Assembly: GCA_965226375.1 (NCBI GenBank)
Contig: CBDDCX010000004.1
Coordinates: 47,062 to 111,061 of the forward strand
DNA: 64,000 bases
From: Longimicrobiales bacterium
GTDB taxonomy: Bacteria; Gemmatimonadota; Gemmatimonadetes; Longimicrobiales; Gaopeijiaceae
Direction of reading: 5' to 3'
Shown: positions 41,921-52,640 of the stretch, piece by piece
How the letters are laid out: every line of letters begins with the position of its first letter
How positions within the stretch are numbered: the stretch's first letter is position 1
Translations under genes and position numbers: made by a program
Notes under the pieces: model-generated
Told to the model about the DNA's origin: nothing
Database searches by the model: none
Seen by the model: the letters and a program-made list of their open reading frames with translations, nothing else

Positions 41921-42647
41921 CGGACCCCTCTTCCCCGCCACCCTTGGACGCAATGAGTCCCCGCTTGCTCGCATCGTAGGCGTGACGGGACAACTCCGCG
42001 GCAAGCCGCTCGACGCGCTCAGCGCTGCGTGCGGAAACGTGGCTCCACACAAAGCGGCCGATCCCGCCGCCCACGAACAGGCCTGCCGCCATCCCGAGCG
42101 AGGCACCCACCGCCGTCAGGTCTGCCATGCTGACCATGCCGCCCGCGATCATAGCGCCCCAAGCTGCGGGCATGAGGTGCATCACCCGGCGAAGGCGGGG
42201 CCGGATCTTGTCGACCACCTGGATGACGGTCTCGTCGTTCTGGGGTGTCAGAGACACCTGCATGCTGTGAAACCGATCTCCGCTCGTCCAGCGCACCGAA
42301 CCGAGCGCCTCCGAGATCGCTCCGGTGGAATCAGTCTCCTCATCGACCAGTCGGATCAGCTGCCCGAGCGCCTCTTTGTTGAGCTCTCCTCGGACCGCGT
42401 GTACCGCCTTGTGCGCGGCCGGGGCGCCAGTCACCACCGAAGTGCCTTCACGTTTCCGGTCCAGCCGTTCGACGGCTTCGACTATGGCCTCCGGGGAAAT
42501 CCCGACTTCGCCAGCGATCTCCTGGAGGTCTTCCACGGACAGTCCGCCACCCCCGTCCGAGCCGTGCTTCTCGTCGATCTCAGAGGCCGCGCGGATTACC
42601 ATCGCGACCTCTTTGTCCGTGAATCGGCGGCTCTGATCCGAGCTCAC
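41910..42647 (-). CDS. Hypothetical membrane protein
   Basis: 245-aa ORF with L.EIAGEVGI.P motif and two C-terminal hydrophobic segments. Confidence 0.7.
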   Translation of the reverse strand: MSSDQSRRFTDKEVAMVIRAASEIDEKHGSDGGGGLSVEDLQEIAGEVGISPEAIVEAVERLDRKREGTSVVTGAPAAHKAVHAVRGELNKEALGQLIRLVDEETDSTGAISEALGSVRWTSGDRFHSMQVSLTPQNDETVIQVVDKIRPRLRRVMHLMPAAWGAMIAGGMVSMADLTAVGASLGMAAGLFVGGGIGRFVWSHVSARSAERVERLAAELSRHAYDASKRGLIASKGGGEEGSATR

Positions 42648-42906
42648 TGTACCCCCCGTGATAGTGCCCTGTCAGTCGCGATCGATCAAGGGATCGTATG
42701 ACGTATCGATGATCGATGACGTTGTCGTACCCCAGTGCCTGGACGGCTGGTATCAAGTGAGGAGGGCGAACCTAAGTGGAGGTCAGGGGCGGTACAAGCT
42801 CGGGGCGCGGGAATGAACTCGAAGGGACGCGATCAAGAGGCTGAGGCGTCCGTGTCCTCGAATAGAGCTCCATGGCGGTGTGGATCGAGCGGGCACATCT
42901 TTGCCC

Positions 42907-43686
42907 ATGAACAACCGACTAAACCTTCGGCTTGGGAGCGCGTTCTGTTGTGCGTTCGGCGTATCACTCGTGGGGTGCGCCACCAGCGCGCCGCCGGTAG
43001 CACCCGAGCCGCCCGAGAGGGTGGTCGTGATCGACACGGTGCACGTGGTCGACACGGTGGAGGTGAGCGCTGACCCGGATCCTGCGCTCGACCAGCGCTT
43101 CGCCGGCCTCCAGCTGCAAGTCTTCGAACGCGACGCGCAGGTCCGAGATCTCCAACGTCAACTCGACGCGGCCCGACAAGAAGTGGTACGAGGAATGGCG
43201 CGACTCCAGACGGTGGCCAGTCGAGCGGAAGTGGCGTCGGTGTTGGCGGAAGCAGAGATCGCGCTGAGGGCCGTGACCGGGGCTGGGGGCGACGAGGAAC
43301 CGCCCGAGGCCACCCAGGCGTTGCGCCTCATGGTACTAAGCCTGGCCGAGTTAGAGGATGAGAATTATGGCGGTGCGCTCTACCTGGCGAGCCAGGCTCG
43401 CCGGTTGGCTCGCGCCGGCGAGGTCCGGCTGACCGGTGGCGGGCAGGTCGAGCGGTTCCCCGGGGAGGTGCTGTTCGCCCTGTCGCTGCCGCTCGAGACT
43501 GCGCAGCGGAGCAACGTGCGTGAGGGGCCGGGTCTCGGTTTTCGTGTGCTCTGCACGCTCGATCCGTCGATTCCCGTGGTGGGGCACTCCCACACGGAGC
43601 TGTGGGTGCGGATCACCGACGACGAGGGACGCGACGGCTGGATCTTCCACAGCCTTGTGACGAGCCCGAGCGAGGGTGGCGGGTAG
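42907..43686 (+). CDS. Lipoprotein with coiled coil and C-terminal SH3b domain
   Basis: Lipobox LVGC; SNVREGPG...WVRI...GWIF. Confidence 0.75.
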   Translation: MNNRLNLRLGSAFCCAFGVSLVGCATSAPPVAPEPPERVVVIDTVHVVDTVEVSADPDPALDQRFAGLQLQVFERDAQVRDLQRQLDAARQEVVRGMARLQTVASRAEVASVLAEAEIALRAVTGAGGDEEPPEATQALRLMVLSLAELEDENYGGALYLASQARRLARAGEVRLTGGGQVERFPGEVLFALSLPLETAQRSNVREGPGLGFRVLCTLDPSIPVVGHSHTELWVRITDDEGRDGWIFHSLVTSPSEGGG

Positions 43687-45417
43687 CTACGAAGCGTCCT
43701 CTTTGGTCGCCTTCTTCTTCGCCCTCGGCTTCTTCCTCTTCGTCGCCGGTGCTGCCTTCGTCGCCTGGCCGCCCTGGGCACGCACCACTCGGTCACGGCC
43801 ACTCTCCTTGGCCCGGTAGAGTGCCGCGTCGGCTGACTCGATCAAGGATTCGGGTGTGTCCCCGTTGGTCGGGAACTCGGCGACCCCGGTGCTCAGCGTG
43901 ACCGTGTAGGACTGCTCCCCGATGGCCACCCCGCTCTCGGCCAGTCGCTCTTGAATGCGCTCGGCCGCTCGTTCCGCGCTGTCCATGCTCGTCTCTGGTA
44001 GCACCACGAGGAATTCTTCCCCGCCGTACCGTGCGACGACATCGATATCGCGTGTCGCCTCCTGCAGGACCTCCGCGACCATCCGCAGGGCCTGGTCTCC
44101 CGCGAGGTGACCGTGCGTGTCGTTGAACTGCTTGAAATGATCCACATCCGCGAGGAGGATCGTGAACGACGAATGCGAGCGGCCCGAGCGCTCGGCTTCG
44201 GACTCCAGGGTCTCCATCAGGTGCCGCCGGTTCGCGATCCCCGTGAGCGGGTCGGTCACGAGCAGATGTTCGAGCTGTTGTCGTCCTTCACGTAGGCGGC
44301 CGACCATTCCGTTGAAGACTTCGGTGAGGTATCCCACCTCGCCCTTACCCACGGGCAGGTCCACCGCGAGGTCACCCGCCGCAACTTCCGCGGCACCCGT
44401 GGTCAACCGATCCAGGGGACGTACGATCAGGAGGCCCAAACGGTACGCGATGACGCCGACCACTATGAGGAGCCCAGTGAGAAGTAACGCTGTCACATTG
44501 CGCAGCTGCACGATCTGTGCATAGGCCTCCTCCTCCGGGATCTCCGCAACGACCGCCCAATCCAGCCGCGGAACCCGCTGCAAGGTGCCGATGACCTCGT
44601 TCCCGTCACGGTCGGTGTAGTTGACGGGACTTCCCTCGCTCGCGAACAGGAGCTCAGACGTGGCCGACGTGACATTACGCTCAGCGAGCAGCCGAGGGTC
44701 GCCGCCTGAGCTGACGATCGCCGTCCCGTCCGCCCCGATCACGTACAAGTTCCCCGATTCACCCGGCGCGAACACCAGCAAGATGGTCAGCACGGCCCGG
44801 TACGAGACGTTGGCGACGAGTGCGCCCAAGAAGGCGCGATCCGCTGCGACTATCGGGACCGCAACGGTCATGAACAGTTGGCCGACTTGCTCGTCCCAGT
44901 ACGCATCCCCGATCACCGTCTGGTCATCAGCCACCCGGGCGAGCCAGCCGGATGGGAGATGAACATCGCTGGCCTGCTCGGCACTCGTCGCGAGCCGCCC
45001 GCCCTGCCGACCGATGACGAGTAACTCGTCGTAGTCCGGAAAGCGCTCCGCGACCGAGGTGACGTAGTCGTTGAGCCGAGCGCTGGCTCGACCGCCGTCG
45101 GCCGCCCGTCGAGCGCGCACGATGTTCTCGGTCACCTCATAGGAGCTCGCGAAGACCCGGACGTCCTAGAGGCGCTCCTTGAGCCAGAGGTCGATCTCGC
45201 GCGCGGTCTGCGCGCTCACACTCTGCAGCTCTTCGGTGATCTTGTCGGTCAGGGCGTCGTGGTTCTGGACGTACGAGATCCAGGCCATCCCAAGGGACGG
45301 AATCAGCGTGGCCAGCAAGGCGAGGCCCACAATCCGGCTCTTGATGCTCTCCAGCCGGAGTACCTTGGGGATTTGGTCGATGACGGTGGTACCGTCGAGT
45401 GACGTGCGCTCGGGCAT
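43687..45417 (-). pseudogene. Cache-HAMP-GGDEF diguanylate cyclase interrupted by an in-frame TAG
   Basis: TDPLTG, DVDHFK.FND.HGH..GD, RYGGEEF; N-terminal TM ORF (45166-45417) is in frame across the TAG at 45166-45168. Confidence 0.82.
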
Positions 45418-45449
45418 GATTAAGACTATGTCCTACGAGGGCAGCCCGC

Positions 45450-45938
45450 TCACACTCGCTCCGCCTCCACCCGATGCCGCGTCCGTTCCACCTGCTCTAC
45501 GAGAGACTTGCTGAAAAGCCCCTTGTTCTCTTCGAACCACTCACCCCACACAGGCACACTCAGGTGTTGCTCCAGGGTGCACTCGTAGCTCTCCCACATC
45601 TCCTGGTCCAGGGCCCCCACGCGGTACTGGTAAACGAGGTTTCCGAAGTGGCGGAAGACCGCCGTCATGTAAGCGTTCCAACGGACCGTCTCCGACGGCG
45701 TGAGGCTCGACGGGTCCTCTTCAGCCCGGTGAAGGAACTCGGCGAACTCCGAGTCGACAAAGGCATTCTGCAGCAGGTGCATGCTGTTTTGGACCATGGA
45801 GTTGAACGACGCGACCCGGACAGATGTGGTGTTCTGCTGCATTTGCTTGGCGAGATAAACCAGGGAGATGACCACTCCCATGGCGCCGACGAACTCCCCC
45901 AGGTTTCCGAGGTCTTGCAGTGTGAATTGTGTGAGCAT
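45450..45938 (-). CDS. Hypothetical protein with N-terminal TM helix
   Basis: TLQDLGNLGEFVGAMGVVISLVYLAKQ pattern. Confidence 0.7.
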   Translation of the reverse strand: MLTQFTLQDLGNLGEFVGAMGVVISLVYLAKQMQQNTTSVRVASFNSMVQNSMHLLQNAFVDSEFAEFLHRAEEDPSSLTPSETVRWNAYMTAVFRHFGNLVYQYRVGALDQEMWESYECTLEQHLSVPVWGEWFEENKGLFSKSLVEQVERTRHRVEAERV

Positions 45939-46010
45939 CGTAAAAGATACTGAAGATGGGTTGGAAGGGGATGCCCGGCTTCGTGGCTCGATCAGGCGGG
46001 CGGGCGGTGT

Positions 46011-47624
46011 CTAGCGCGAAGTCGTTGTCGCCGTTAGCAGAGCGCGGGCGGCGGGAACGCCCAGGTTCGATCCTCCGAACTCGGGAAGGATGGCCGCATT
46101 GATGGCCACCACCTGGCCGTCCAGCGACAGTACCGGGCCGCCACTTCCGCCGCTGGTCGTCTCGGCGTCGTAGACGATGTTCTGGGTGGTCGCCTGACCG
46201 ACGATGCCCCGGCTCGCGAGCGGAGTCACATGCCCTTGTTGCGAGAGCCTTTCGGCGACTTTCCAGAAATCCGTGATTCCAGCTCGCTGTAATCCTTCCA
46301 CGAAGTCTGGATTGGTGCGGGCCATGAGAGCCCGGATCCCCAATGGGAACCCGACGACGATCACCGCGTCGCCCGGCTCGGGCGGACCCTCGGCCAGCGG
46401 CAGATAGTCGACTTCACCACCGGCGAAGTCCGCCTCACCACCACCGACGACACAGCAAAGCACGGCCAGATCGGCATCGTCGCTCGCCGAGACCAGCTCC
46501 AGCTCGAAGGGCTCGGCCATTCCCGGCAAGTATCCGACGAAGCGGGTCATCTCTCCCTCGAAACCTCTTGCGAGCATCGCTTTGCCGGCGGGGTCGAACT
46601 CCCAGGGACGCGACACGTGGCGATTGGTGAGGAGGAGTCCATCCGGACTCACCACAAAGGCCGTTCCTGTCAGGAAGATTTTGAGGGGAGGTCCCGTGCC
46701 GTCCACGCTGATGGCGGGTTCGCCCGCGGGGTTCCGAACGGGCTGACCGCTGGGGCCCAGCATCATGCGTAGGGGACGGCGGGTCTCGGGCTGGACGAAG
46801 CCGTAGCTGCCTTGGACGAAGACCGTCGACCGGGTGGCGATGCGGATCACACGGGCTTCGGCTCCACTCCGCTCCTCGAGAGCGTCCAGACGATCGCGGG
46901 CGGTCGAGACGCTTGAACGGAGTTCGGCGAAGAGGTCGCCCAGGTCTTCCCTGGTCGGGACCTGCCCCTGGGTACGCTCGAGTAGCGCCGCGAGTCCTTC
47001 TACTCGGGTCGCCTCTGCCGCGAGTCGCCGTTGGAGTTGAAAGCTCTGCCGTGCCAACAGCGCGGTCCCGAATCCAAGAAGGATCAGTACGGTCAGCACG
47101 CTTAAGCGAAAGGTACGGGCCGTCTGGGTGAGTAGCTGTTTGGGCAGGTCCGTGAACATCATGGCGGCTTTCCCGACCGGTCCTCGACCCGACTGACGTG
47201 CGCAGTCGAGACAGTCGCCGAAGACCTGCGTCATGGTCTTGTAGGGTGCTACTCCGGCGTCGTAAACACGGTATCGCAACACGGCACCGTCCCTGCCGAT
47301 CTCCAGGACGTCCCCCGACGCTAACGTGAACCGACTCACGCGCTCTCCGTTCACCCAGACCTCACTGCCCCCCTCCGCCACGACCTCGTACGTCTGGCCG
47401 CGACAGCGCAGTGTGGCGTGATGTGGAGAGGGAAGGGGCTCGGTATCGAGCGGCAGCCGAATATCCATGCCCGGTCCCGTGCCGACCCTGATCTCGTTCC
47501 CCGAGAGGCGGTGAGAGAACCCGCGTCGACTGCCCGACAGATGAACGAGGACGGAGGTCGGCCCGGACTCGGGGGGCTCGTTCTCCACCGTCACTTGTCG
47601 GTTGTCTGCTTCCATCGGGCCCAC
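46011..47624 (-). CDS. FHA-domain, TM, trypsin-like serine protease
   Basis: S..HA...VWVNG FHA; LTNRHV, DLAVL, GGSGGP catalytic triad. Confidence 0.85.
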   Translation of the reverse strand: MGPMEADNRQVTVENEPPESGPTSVLVHLSGSRRGFSHRLSGNEIRVGTGPGMDIRLPLDTEPLPSPHHATLRCRGQTYEVVAEGGSEVWVNGERVSRFTLASGDVLEIGRDGAVLRYRVYDAGVAPYKTMTQVFGDCLDCARQSGRGPVGKAAMMFTDLPKQLLTQTARTFRLSVLTVLILLGFGTALLARQSFQLQRRLAAEATRVEGLAALLERTQGQVPTREDLGDLFAELRSSVSTARDRLDALEERSGAEARVIRIATRSTVFVQGSYGFVQPETRRPLRMMLGPSGQPVRNPAGEPAISVDGTGPPLKIFLTGTAFVVSPDGLLLTNRHVSRPWEFDPAGKAMLARGFEGEMTRFVGYLPGMAEPFELELVSASDDADLAVLCCVVGGGEADFAGGEVDYLPLAEGPPEPGDAVIVVGFPLGIRALMARTNPDFVEGLQRAGITDFWKVAERLSQQGHVTPLASRGIVGQATTQNIVYDAETTSGGSGGPVLSLDGQVVAINAAILPEFGGSNLGVPAARALLTATTTSR

Positions 47625-47669
47625 ACTTATCGCTCGCTTCGACCGAGAGTCGGGTTCTACCGTGGCGTC

Positions 47670-48797
47670 TCAGCCCCCGCGGTTCAGTCCGTACTTCATG
47701 ATGGCGGCGTGCCGGCCGCCTTTCACCCGCTCCAATCCGTAGACCGGACCTTTCGGTCCCGGAGCCGATCGGCCGAGGTCGTGAATAGCCTCCCGCTCCT
47801 CATCGCCGAGCACCAGATCGAAGACCCTGACGATGCCGGACACTCGCTCGGCCGTGCTCACGCCGACGATCGCCGAGGTGACCCCTGGCCGGTCCAACAC
47901 GTAACGGAGCGCCACTTGGGCAATCGTGACCCCGTGCCGCCGGGCGATCCGGTTCATCTCCGTCAAGAGTGCCTGAAACGACTCCCAGCCGCCATACTCG
48001 TCGATCATCAGGCGGTACTTCACGAGCGAGCGGTTTCCGGGAGCCTCTGCGGGATCCGGTACGTTCAGATAACGATCCGAAAGGAATCCGCCCGCGAGGG
48101 TGCCATAACAGAATAGCCCGATGCCGTTGGCCATGCAGTACTCGGCCATCGTCTCTTCGCCCAGTCCGCCCTCTCGGGTCCCGCCCTTGGGGGTCGCTCC
48201 CTTGGCGATCCCTCCCTCGGGTCGGTGGTCGAGCGCGGAGTACTGAACTTGATGGGCCCTGATCGGGACTCCGGCGTCGACCATGGCGCTCAGGGACTCC
48301 AGATCGAAGTTGGTGGCGCCGATCTGACCGATCTTTCCGGCCGAGCGGAGCTCGTCCAGCCAGCCGGCGGTCTCGACCCACCGGTCCACGTCGTAGGACC
48401 ACCAGGCGAACTGGACCAGGTCCAGCTGCTCCACCCCCAAGCGGCGTAGGGAGCGGTCGATGACGCGCTCCACGTAGGGCTTGTCGAGGGTGGCCAGGTC
48501 GTCCAGGTCGGGCACGAACTTCGTGTGGATACGGATGTCCTGTGCGCCCGCGGAGCCTTCCCGTGCCCGGTACTCACGCAAGAATTCGCCGAGCAGCTCC
48601 TCGACGCCGGTGTAGATGTCCCCGCAGTCAAACGCCGTGATGCCCGCGTCCACGGCACTCGACAACGCCTCGAATACGTCGGTCCGGGAGCGGGTTGGCT
48701 GGTGGCCCGCAGAGAGTTGCCATCCGCCGGTGACGATGCGCGGCACCGTACGGCCATCGGCGAGTTGTGCGGTCTCGATACTCACGCTGTGTACCAA
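47670..48797 (-). CDS. Aldo/keto reductase
   Basis: GGWQL, FDCGDIYTG, HTKFVP, QVQYS, YGTLAGG; start approximate. Confidence 0.88.
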   Translation of the reverse strand: MVHSVSIETAQLADGRTVPRIVTGGWQLSAGHQPTRSRTDVFEALSSAVDAGITAFDCGDIYTGVEELLGEFLREYRAREGSAGAQDIRIHTKFVPDLDDLATLDKPYVERVIDRSLRRLGVEQLDLVQFAWWSYDVDRWVETAGWLDELRSAGKIGQIGATNFDLESLSAMVDAGVPIRAHQVQYSALDHRPEGGIAKGATPKGGTREGGLGEETMAEYCMANGIGLFCYGTLAGGFLSDRYLNVPDPAEAPGNRSLVKYRLMIDEYGGWESFQALLTEMNRIARRHGVTIAQVALRYVLDRPGVTSAIVGVSTAERVSGIVRVFDLVLGDEEREAIHDLGRSAPGPKGPVYGLERVKGGRHAAIMKYGLNRGG

Positions 48798-48825
48798 CTA
48801 CCGGGGAAGTCCGCGGCACTCGGGT

Positions 48826-49200
48826 TCAAGCGTCGCCGTCCCCTTCATTCGGGACGGCCCCTCCACCCAACGGCACGACCGTCACGTCCGAGTGCCGGAA
48901 CGTCGTGCGTCCCACCCGCGTGATCCGGAAACGGGCCCCGCAGTACGGATCCGGACACGCCACGTCGCTGTCCGTGGTCATCCAGTCGTTGGCGTGCGTC
49001 TCCCTCTGCTTGGCGGGGAGGAGGGGGAGCAGCGCGGCGAGTGGATAGAGCGGGAAGGTCTGGCCCGGAGGGAACGTGAGGTTCTCCCCCGAAAGCTCGA
49101 AGTAGTCGCCTACCTTGTGGTCGCAGACCATGTCACCCGGGCCCTCGACGACTTCCACGCGCAGGTCGTAGAGGGTGAACTCGTCGGATGCGTCGGTCAT
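48826..49200 (-). CDS. TIGR04076-like small Cys-containing protein
   Basis: LYDLRVEV...C.HKVGDYF...ACPDPYCG. Confidence 0.75.
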   Translation of the reverse strand: MTDASDEFTLYDLRVEVVEGPGDMVCDHKVGDYFELSGENLTFPPGQTFPLYPLAALLPLLPAKQRETHANDWMTTDSDVACPDPYCGARFRITRVGRTTFRHSDVTVVPLGGGAVPNEGDGDA

Positions 49201-49327
49201 GGTTCCTCTCTCACTCCAGTTGGCTGCGAGCTTTTGACCACCTTAGACTGGCCCATGGTGGCTACGGTGGGGCACTCCGCTCACGACGTCACTCTACCAC
49301 ATCCAGGGGAAGGTCGGTACGGCTACC

Positions 49328-50716
49328 ATGACGGGCACGCGCCTTTACTTTCGCCTTGGCACCGCCGGAGCCCTCGCTCCCTTGGCGCTCTTCCTGGTCG
49401 GCGTCGCATGGCTCGGACTCTCGGGCGCCCCGGATGAACGTGGCTTCTGGCCCGTCCTCCTGGGCGCCATCGCGCTGGGGACGTTCCTGGCCAAGGACTC
49501 CCGGGCATACTCCGAAGCGGTCATCCGGGGCATGAGTCGGCCCATCGTCATGCTCATGGTGTTCGCCTGGATTCTGGCCGGCGTCCTGGGCTCCCTGGTG
49601 AGCGCGGGAGGGTTCGTGCAGAGCCTGGTCGCCCTGGCGACGGCTGCCGGTGTGAGCGGTGGGGGCTTCGTGGGCGTCGCCTTCCTGATCTGCGCGCTGG
49701 TCTCCACCGCGACGGGCACGAGCCTGGGGACCGTGATCCTGGCGGCGCCACTCTTGTACCCGGCGGCGGCTTCGCTCCAGGCGGACCCGGCCATGCTGAT
49801 CGGGGCCATCCTTGCCGGAGCGACCTGCGGCGACAACATCTCGCCGGTGTCCGATACGACCATCGCCTCGGCCTCTACCCAACAGGCCGACATCGGCGGG
49901 GTGGTACGGAGTCGCATGAAGTATGCGCTGCCGGCGGGGGCTTTGGCTCTCGTACTTTACGTCGTGCTCGGTGCCGTCGCGCTGGAGGGCGCGTCCACCG
50001 CGAGCCCGGCTGACTCGAACGGTCTCCGGGGCATCTGGATGCTGGCGGCGCCCGCCGCCTCCATCGCGATGCTCCTCAAGCAGCGCCACCTGGTGGAGAG
50101 CCTCCTGGCGGGCATCGTCATGGGGGTGATCACCGGCCTGGCCAGTGGCTCGATCGACCTGGGCGCACTCCTGTACATCGACTCCGAGGCCTTTATCGCC
50201 CGCGGCGTGATCCTGGAGGGCATGGAGCGCGGCATTGGGGTGTCGGTCTTCACGATCCTGCTCATGGGCGTCGTCTCCGGCGTGGAGGGGAGCGGCGTGG
50301 TGGACGATTGGGTGGCAGGGCTGAGGAACCGCACCCCCACACCTCAGCGGGCCGAGTGGTGGATCTTCGGGGCCATATCCGGAGCCGTGGTACTCACGAC
50401 CCACTCGGTGGTCGCCATTCTCAGCGTGGGGGACATCACCCGCGACGTGGGTGAGTCGGCCGGAATCTCGGCCTACCGTCGGGCCAATCTTCTGGACATG
50501 GCGGTGTGCACCTATCCCTTCCTGTTCCCCTTCTTCGTTCCCGTCATCCTGGCCGCGAGCATGACGGCCTCGGGCGAGGCGTTCGGCCTTCCACGAGTGT
50601 CACCCATGACCGTCGGCTTGCTCAACTTCCACTCCTGGGGACTGCTGCTGATGCTCGTCATCGCGATCGCGACGGGTTTCGGGAGGTCGTCGGGAGAGGG
50701 TGCTATCGAGGAATGA
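49328..50716 (+). CDS. Na+/H+ antiporter NhaC family transporter
   Basis: ATGTSLGT, GDNISPVSDTTIAS, multiple TMs. Confidence 0.82.
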   Translation: MTGTRLYFRLGTAGALAPLALFLVGVAWLGLSGAPDERGFWPVLLGAIALGTFLAKDSRAYSEAVIRGMSRPIVMLMVFAWILAGVLGSLVSAGGFVQSLVALATAAGVSGGGFVGVAFLICALVSTATGTSLGTVILAAPLLYPAAASLQADPAMLIGAILAGATCGDNISPVSDTTIASASTQQADIGGVVRSRMKYALPAGALALVLYVVLGAVALEGASTASPADSNGLRGIWMLAAPAASIAMLLKQRHLVESLLAGIVMGVITGLASGSIDLGALLYIDSEAFIARGVILEGMERGIGVSVFTILLMGVVSGVEGSGVVDDWVAGLRNRTPTPQRAEWWIFGAISGAVVLTTHSVVAILSVGDITRDVGESAGISAYRRANLLDMAVCTYPFLFPFFVPVILAASMTASGEAFGLPRVSPMTVGLLNFHSWGLLLMLVIAIATGFGRSSGEGAIEE

Positions 50717-51105
50717 TCGAGCGCGTTTTCGTTCTCAAACGAACCGACCTGTTCAAGGAACTCTCCTCCGAGGTCCTCGCGAGCTTCGCCAACCACCTGG
50801 AAGAGATCTATGTGGGCGAAGGGGAGACGATCTTCGAGAAGGGCGACATCGGCAAAGCGATGTACGTGGTGGTGGACGGCCAGGTCCGCATCCACGACGG
50901 CGACCGGGAGATCGAGGTGCTGGGGTGCGACCAGGTGTTCGGCGAGGTGACGGTTCTGACCGCGGACGTCCGCAGCGCGTCGGCTACGGCGGTGGAGGAG
51001 AGCCGGCTGTTGCGTCTCGATCAGGACGTTCTCTACGAGTTGATGGCGGGACGACCCGCGATCTCACGGGGCATTATCAAGGTGTTGGTGGAACGGCTTC
51101 AATAG
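50713..51105 (+). CDS. Cyclic nucleotide-binding domain protein
   Basis: IFEKGD.G..MY...FGE...RSASATA. Confidence 0.85.
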   Translation: MIERVFVLKRTDLFKELSSEVLASFANHLEEIYVGEGETIFEKGDIGKAMYVVVDGQVRIHDGDREIEVLGCDQVFGEVTVLTADVRSASATAVEESRLLRLDQDVLYELMAGRPAISRGIIKVLVERLQ

Positions 51106-52350
51106 GCCCCCCCTTTGCCTTTTTCCCTATCCGCTCGGGTCTCGAGGTTTTCCTGTAGACGCTGGACGATCATGCGGATCAGCGAGCGAGCCACCGAGAC
51201 TTGTTCGGCGATGAGTTCGTAGAGATCGCCCTGCGTGAAACGCAACATCCGCGTCGCCTCGCAGGCCGTGACCGAGGCGGTCCGGAGGCCCGAGTGGAGC
51301 ACGGTGAACTCGCCGAAGACGTGGTCCTCTCCCACACGGGCGAGCTCGGTCGGCCCATCATGAATTCGAACACTACCGCCCGTGACTAGGTACATCGAAT
51401 CCCCCACGTCCCCCTTGGAGAATACGGCCTCTCCCTCCGCGAAATTGACCTCCTCCAGGCGCGATGCGAGGGCGGCGAGAGCGTGATCGGACAACTCCGT
51501 GAAGAGGTCGACGGAGCGAAGCCGCAGGGTCCGCTCGTAGCTCCGGGCCTCCTCTCCAGACAGGGTCACGTCCCCGATGTCCACTACGGACCCCAGCTGC
51601 CGCGCGCACAGTTGGGTCCAGTCGCTCAGGGCTTCCGCCTGTAGAAGGCTCGCCAACTGGGGCGTGAACCCCTGGGGCGCCACGCCCCATTCAGGCCCGA
51701 GACGCTCGAGACGGTCACTGGGGGCCAGATCTTCGAGCACGGGGAAGAGCCATGCCCGCTCCTCGTTGGTGACGATGTTTTCCAGGCCCTCGAGGGCGTA
51801 CGCCCTGCGATCGCTGATACCGCTGCTGTAGTTGTCCCAGGTCGTCATGGTGTCGGCGTCGGGATACAGCAGGGAGACGAGCAGGAAGATGCGGTGGCGA
51901 ACCTGGTCGATTTCTTCGGCCAGAGCATTCTGCAGGACTCGTGCTTCGGCAGGCCCGTCCAGGTTCTCCGCGGCCATGAAGAGCTCGGCGGCATCTCCGG
52001 TCTCTAGGCGGAGCCGTGCCGTCACAAGCTCCTGTTGATCGTCGTCGGGCCTGAATGAGCAACTCACCAGGGCCATGAAGGCGGCGTGCCGCTCTTCGCG
52101 GCCTTCGAGGTCGATCAACGGGCAGACGTGGCGGATCACTTCCTCCCCACGGATCAGCCCGAGAATCCGCATGACCAGAAGCCTGAAGTGGCGGTCCCGC
52201 TTGTGACGTTCGAATCCTTTCATCAGACTCGGAACGGCCGCTTCACCCGCGCCGATGAGGGCTTCCGACGCGGCGGCGGAGAGTTCCCGGTCCTTCAACG
52301 CATCCACCACGATCGGCCAGAGGGGCGGGTGTGCCATGGCCGCGGCGGCG
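51099..52350 (-). pseudogene. HEAT-repeat + cNMP-binding protein, 5'-truncated at the island boundary
   Basis: C-terminal cNMP domain (VFSKGD..FGE..RTASV), HEAT-like helices; upstream sequence abruptly becomes AT-rich non-coding DNA. Confidence 0.7.
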
Positions 52351-52605
52351 CAAGACGCGCTAAATAAATTGTAATTTATTGTCATATAAGGCTTTATTAC
52401 TGACCAGTCCCACCTGGTTCCCTCATTACATCCCTCTTCCTGAACGGGAATCTATGGGGCGGCCGAGGACGCCCCTAGATAGGTGGCGAGCGAGCGTCGA
52501 AGCCGGCTAAGGCACTCTTTGCACCCCACGGAAGACCGACCGGCACGGAATGGGGTGCGAACCACCGTGCCTCACAGCCTGACGGCCTGACTAGCAGAGC
52601 GATTC

Positions 52606-52623
52606 TTGCCAAATTTTGCCAAG
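52606..52623 (+). promoter_or_regulatory. Candidate TA autoregulatory operator
   Basis: TTGCCAA-ATT-TTGCCAA repeat (also an imperfect palindrome) just upstream of the antitoxin ATG. Confidence 0.55.
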
Positions 52624-52640
52624 GTCGCTAGCGTCGTACC

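Noticed and set aside
42670..42725. Cluster of GATC/ATCGAT sites in a divergent promoter region
   Set aside because: GATC and CGAT are common throughout this sequence; no evidence for a methylation switch
52378..52410. dif (XerCD) site
   Set aside because: No match to the conserved XerD arm TTATGTTAAAT
52521..52571. HDV-like ribozyme or SAH riboswitch identity for the pseudoknot
   Set aside because: No room for P3/L3 and no recognisable conserved ligand-binding nucleotides
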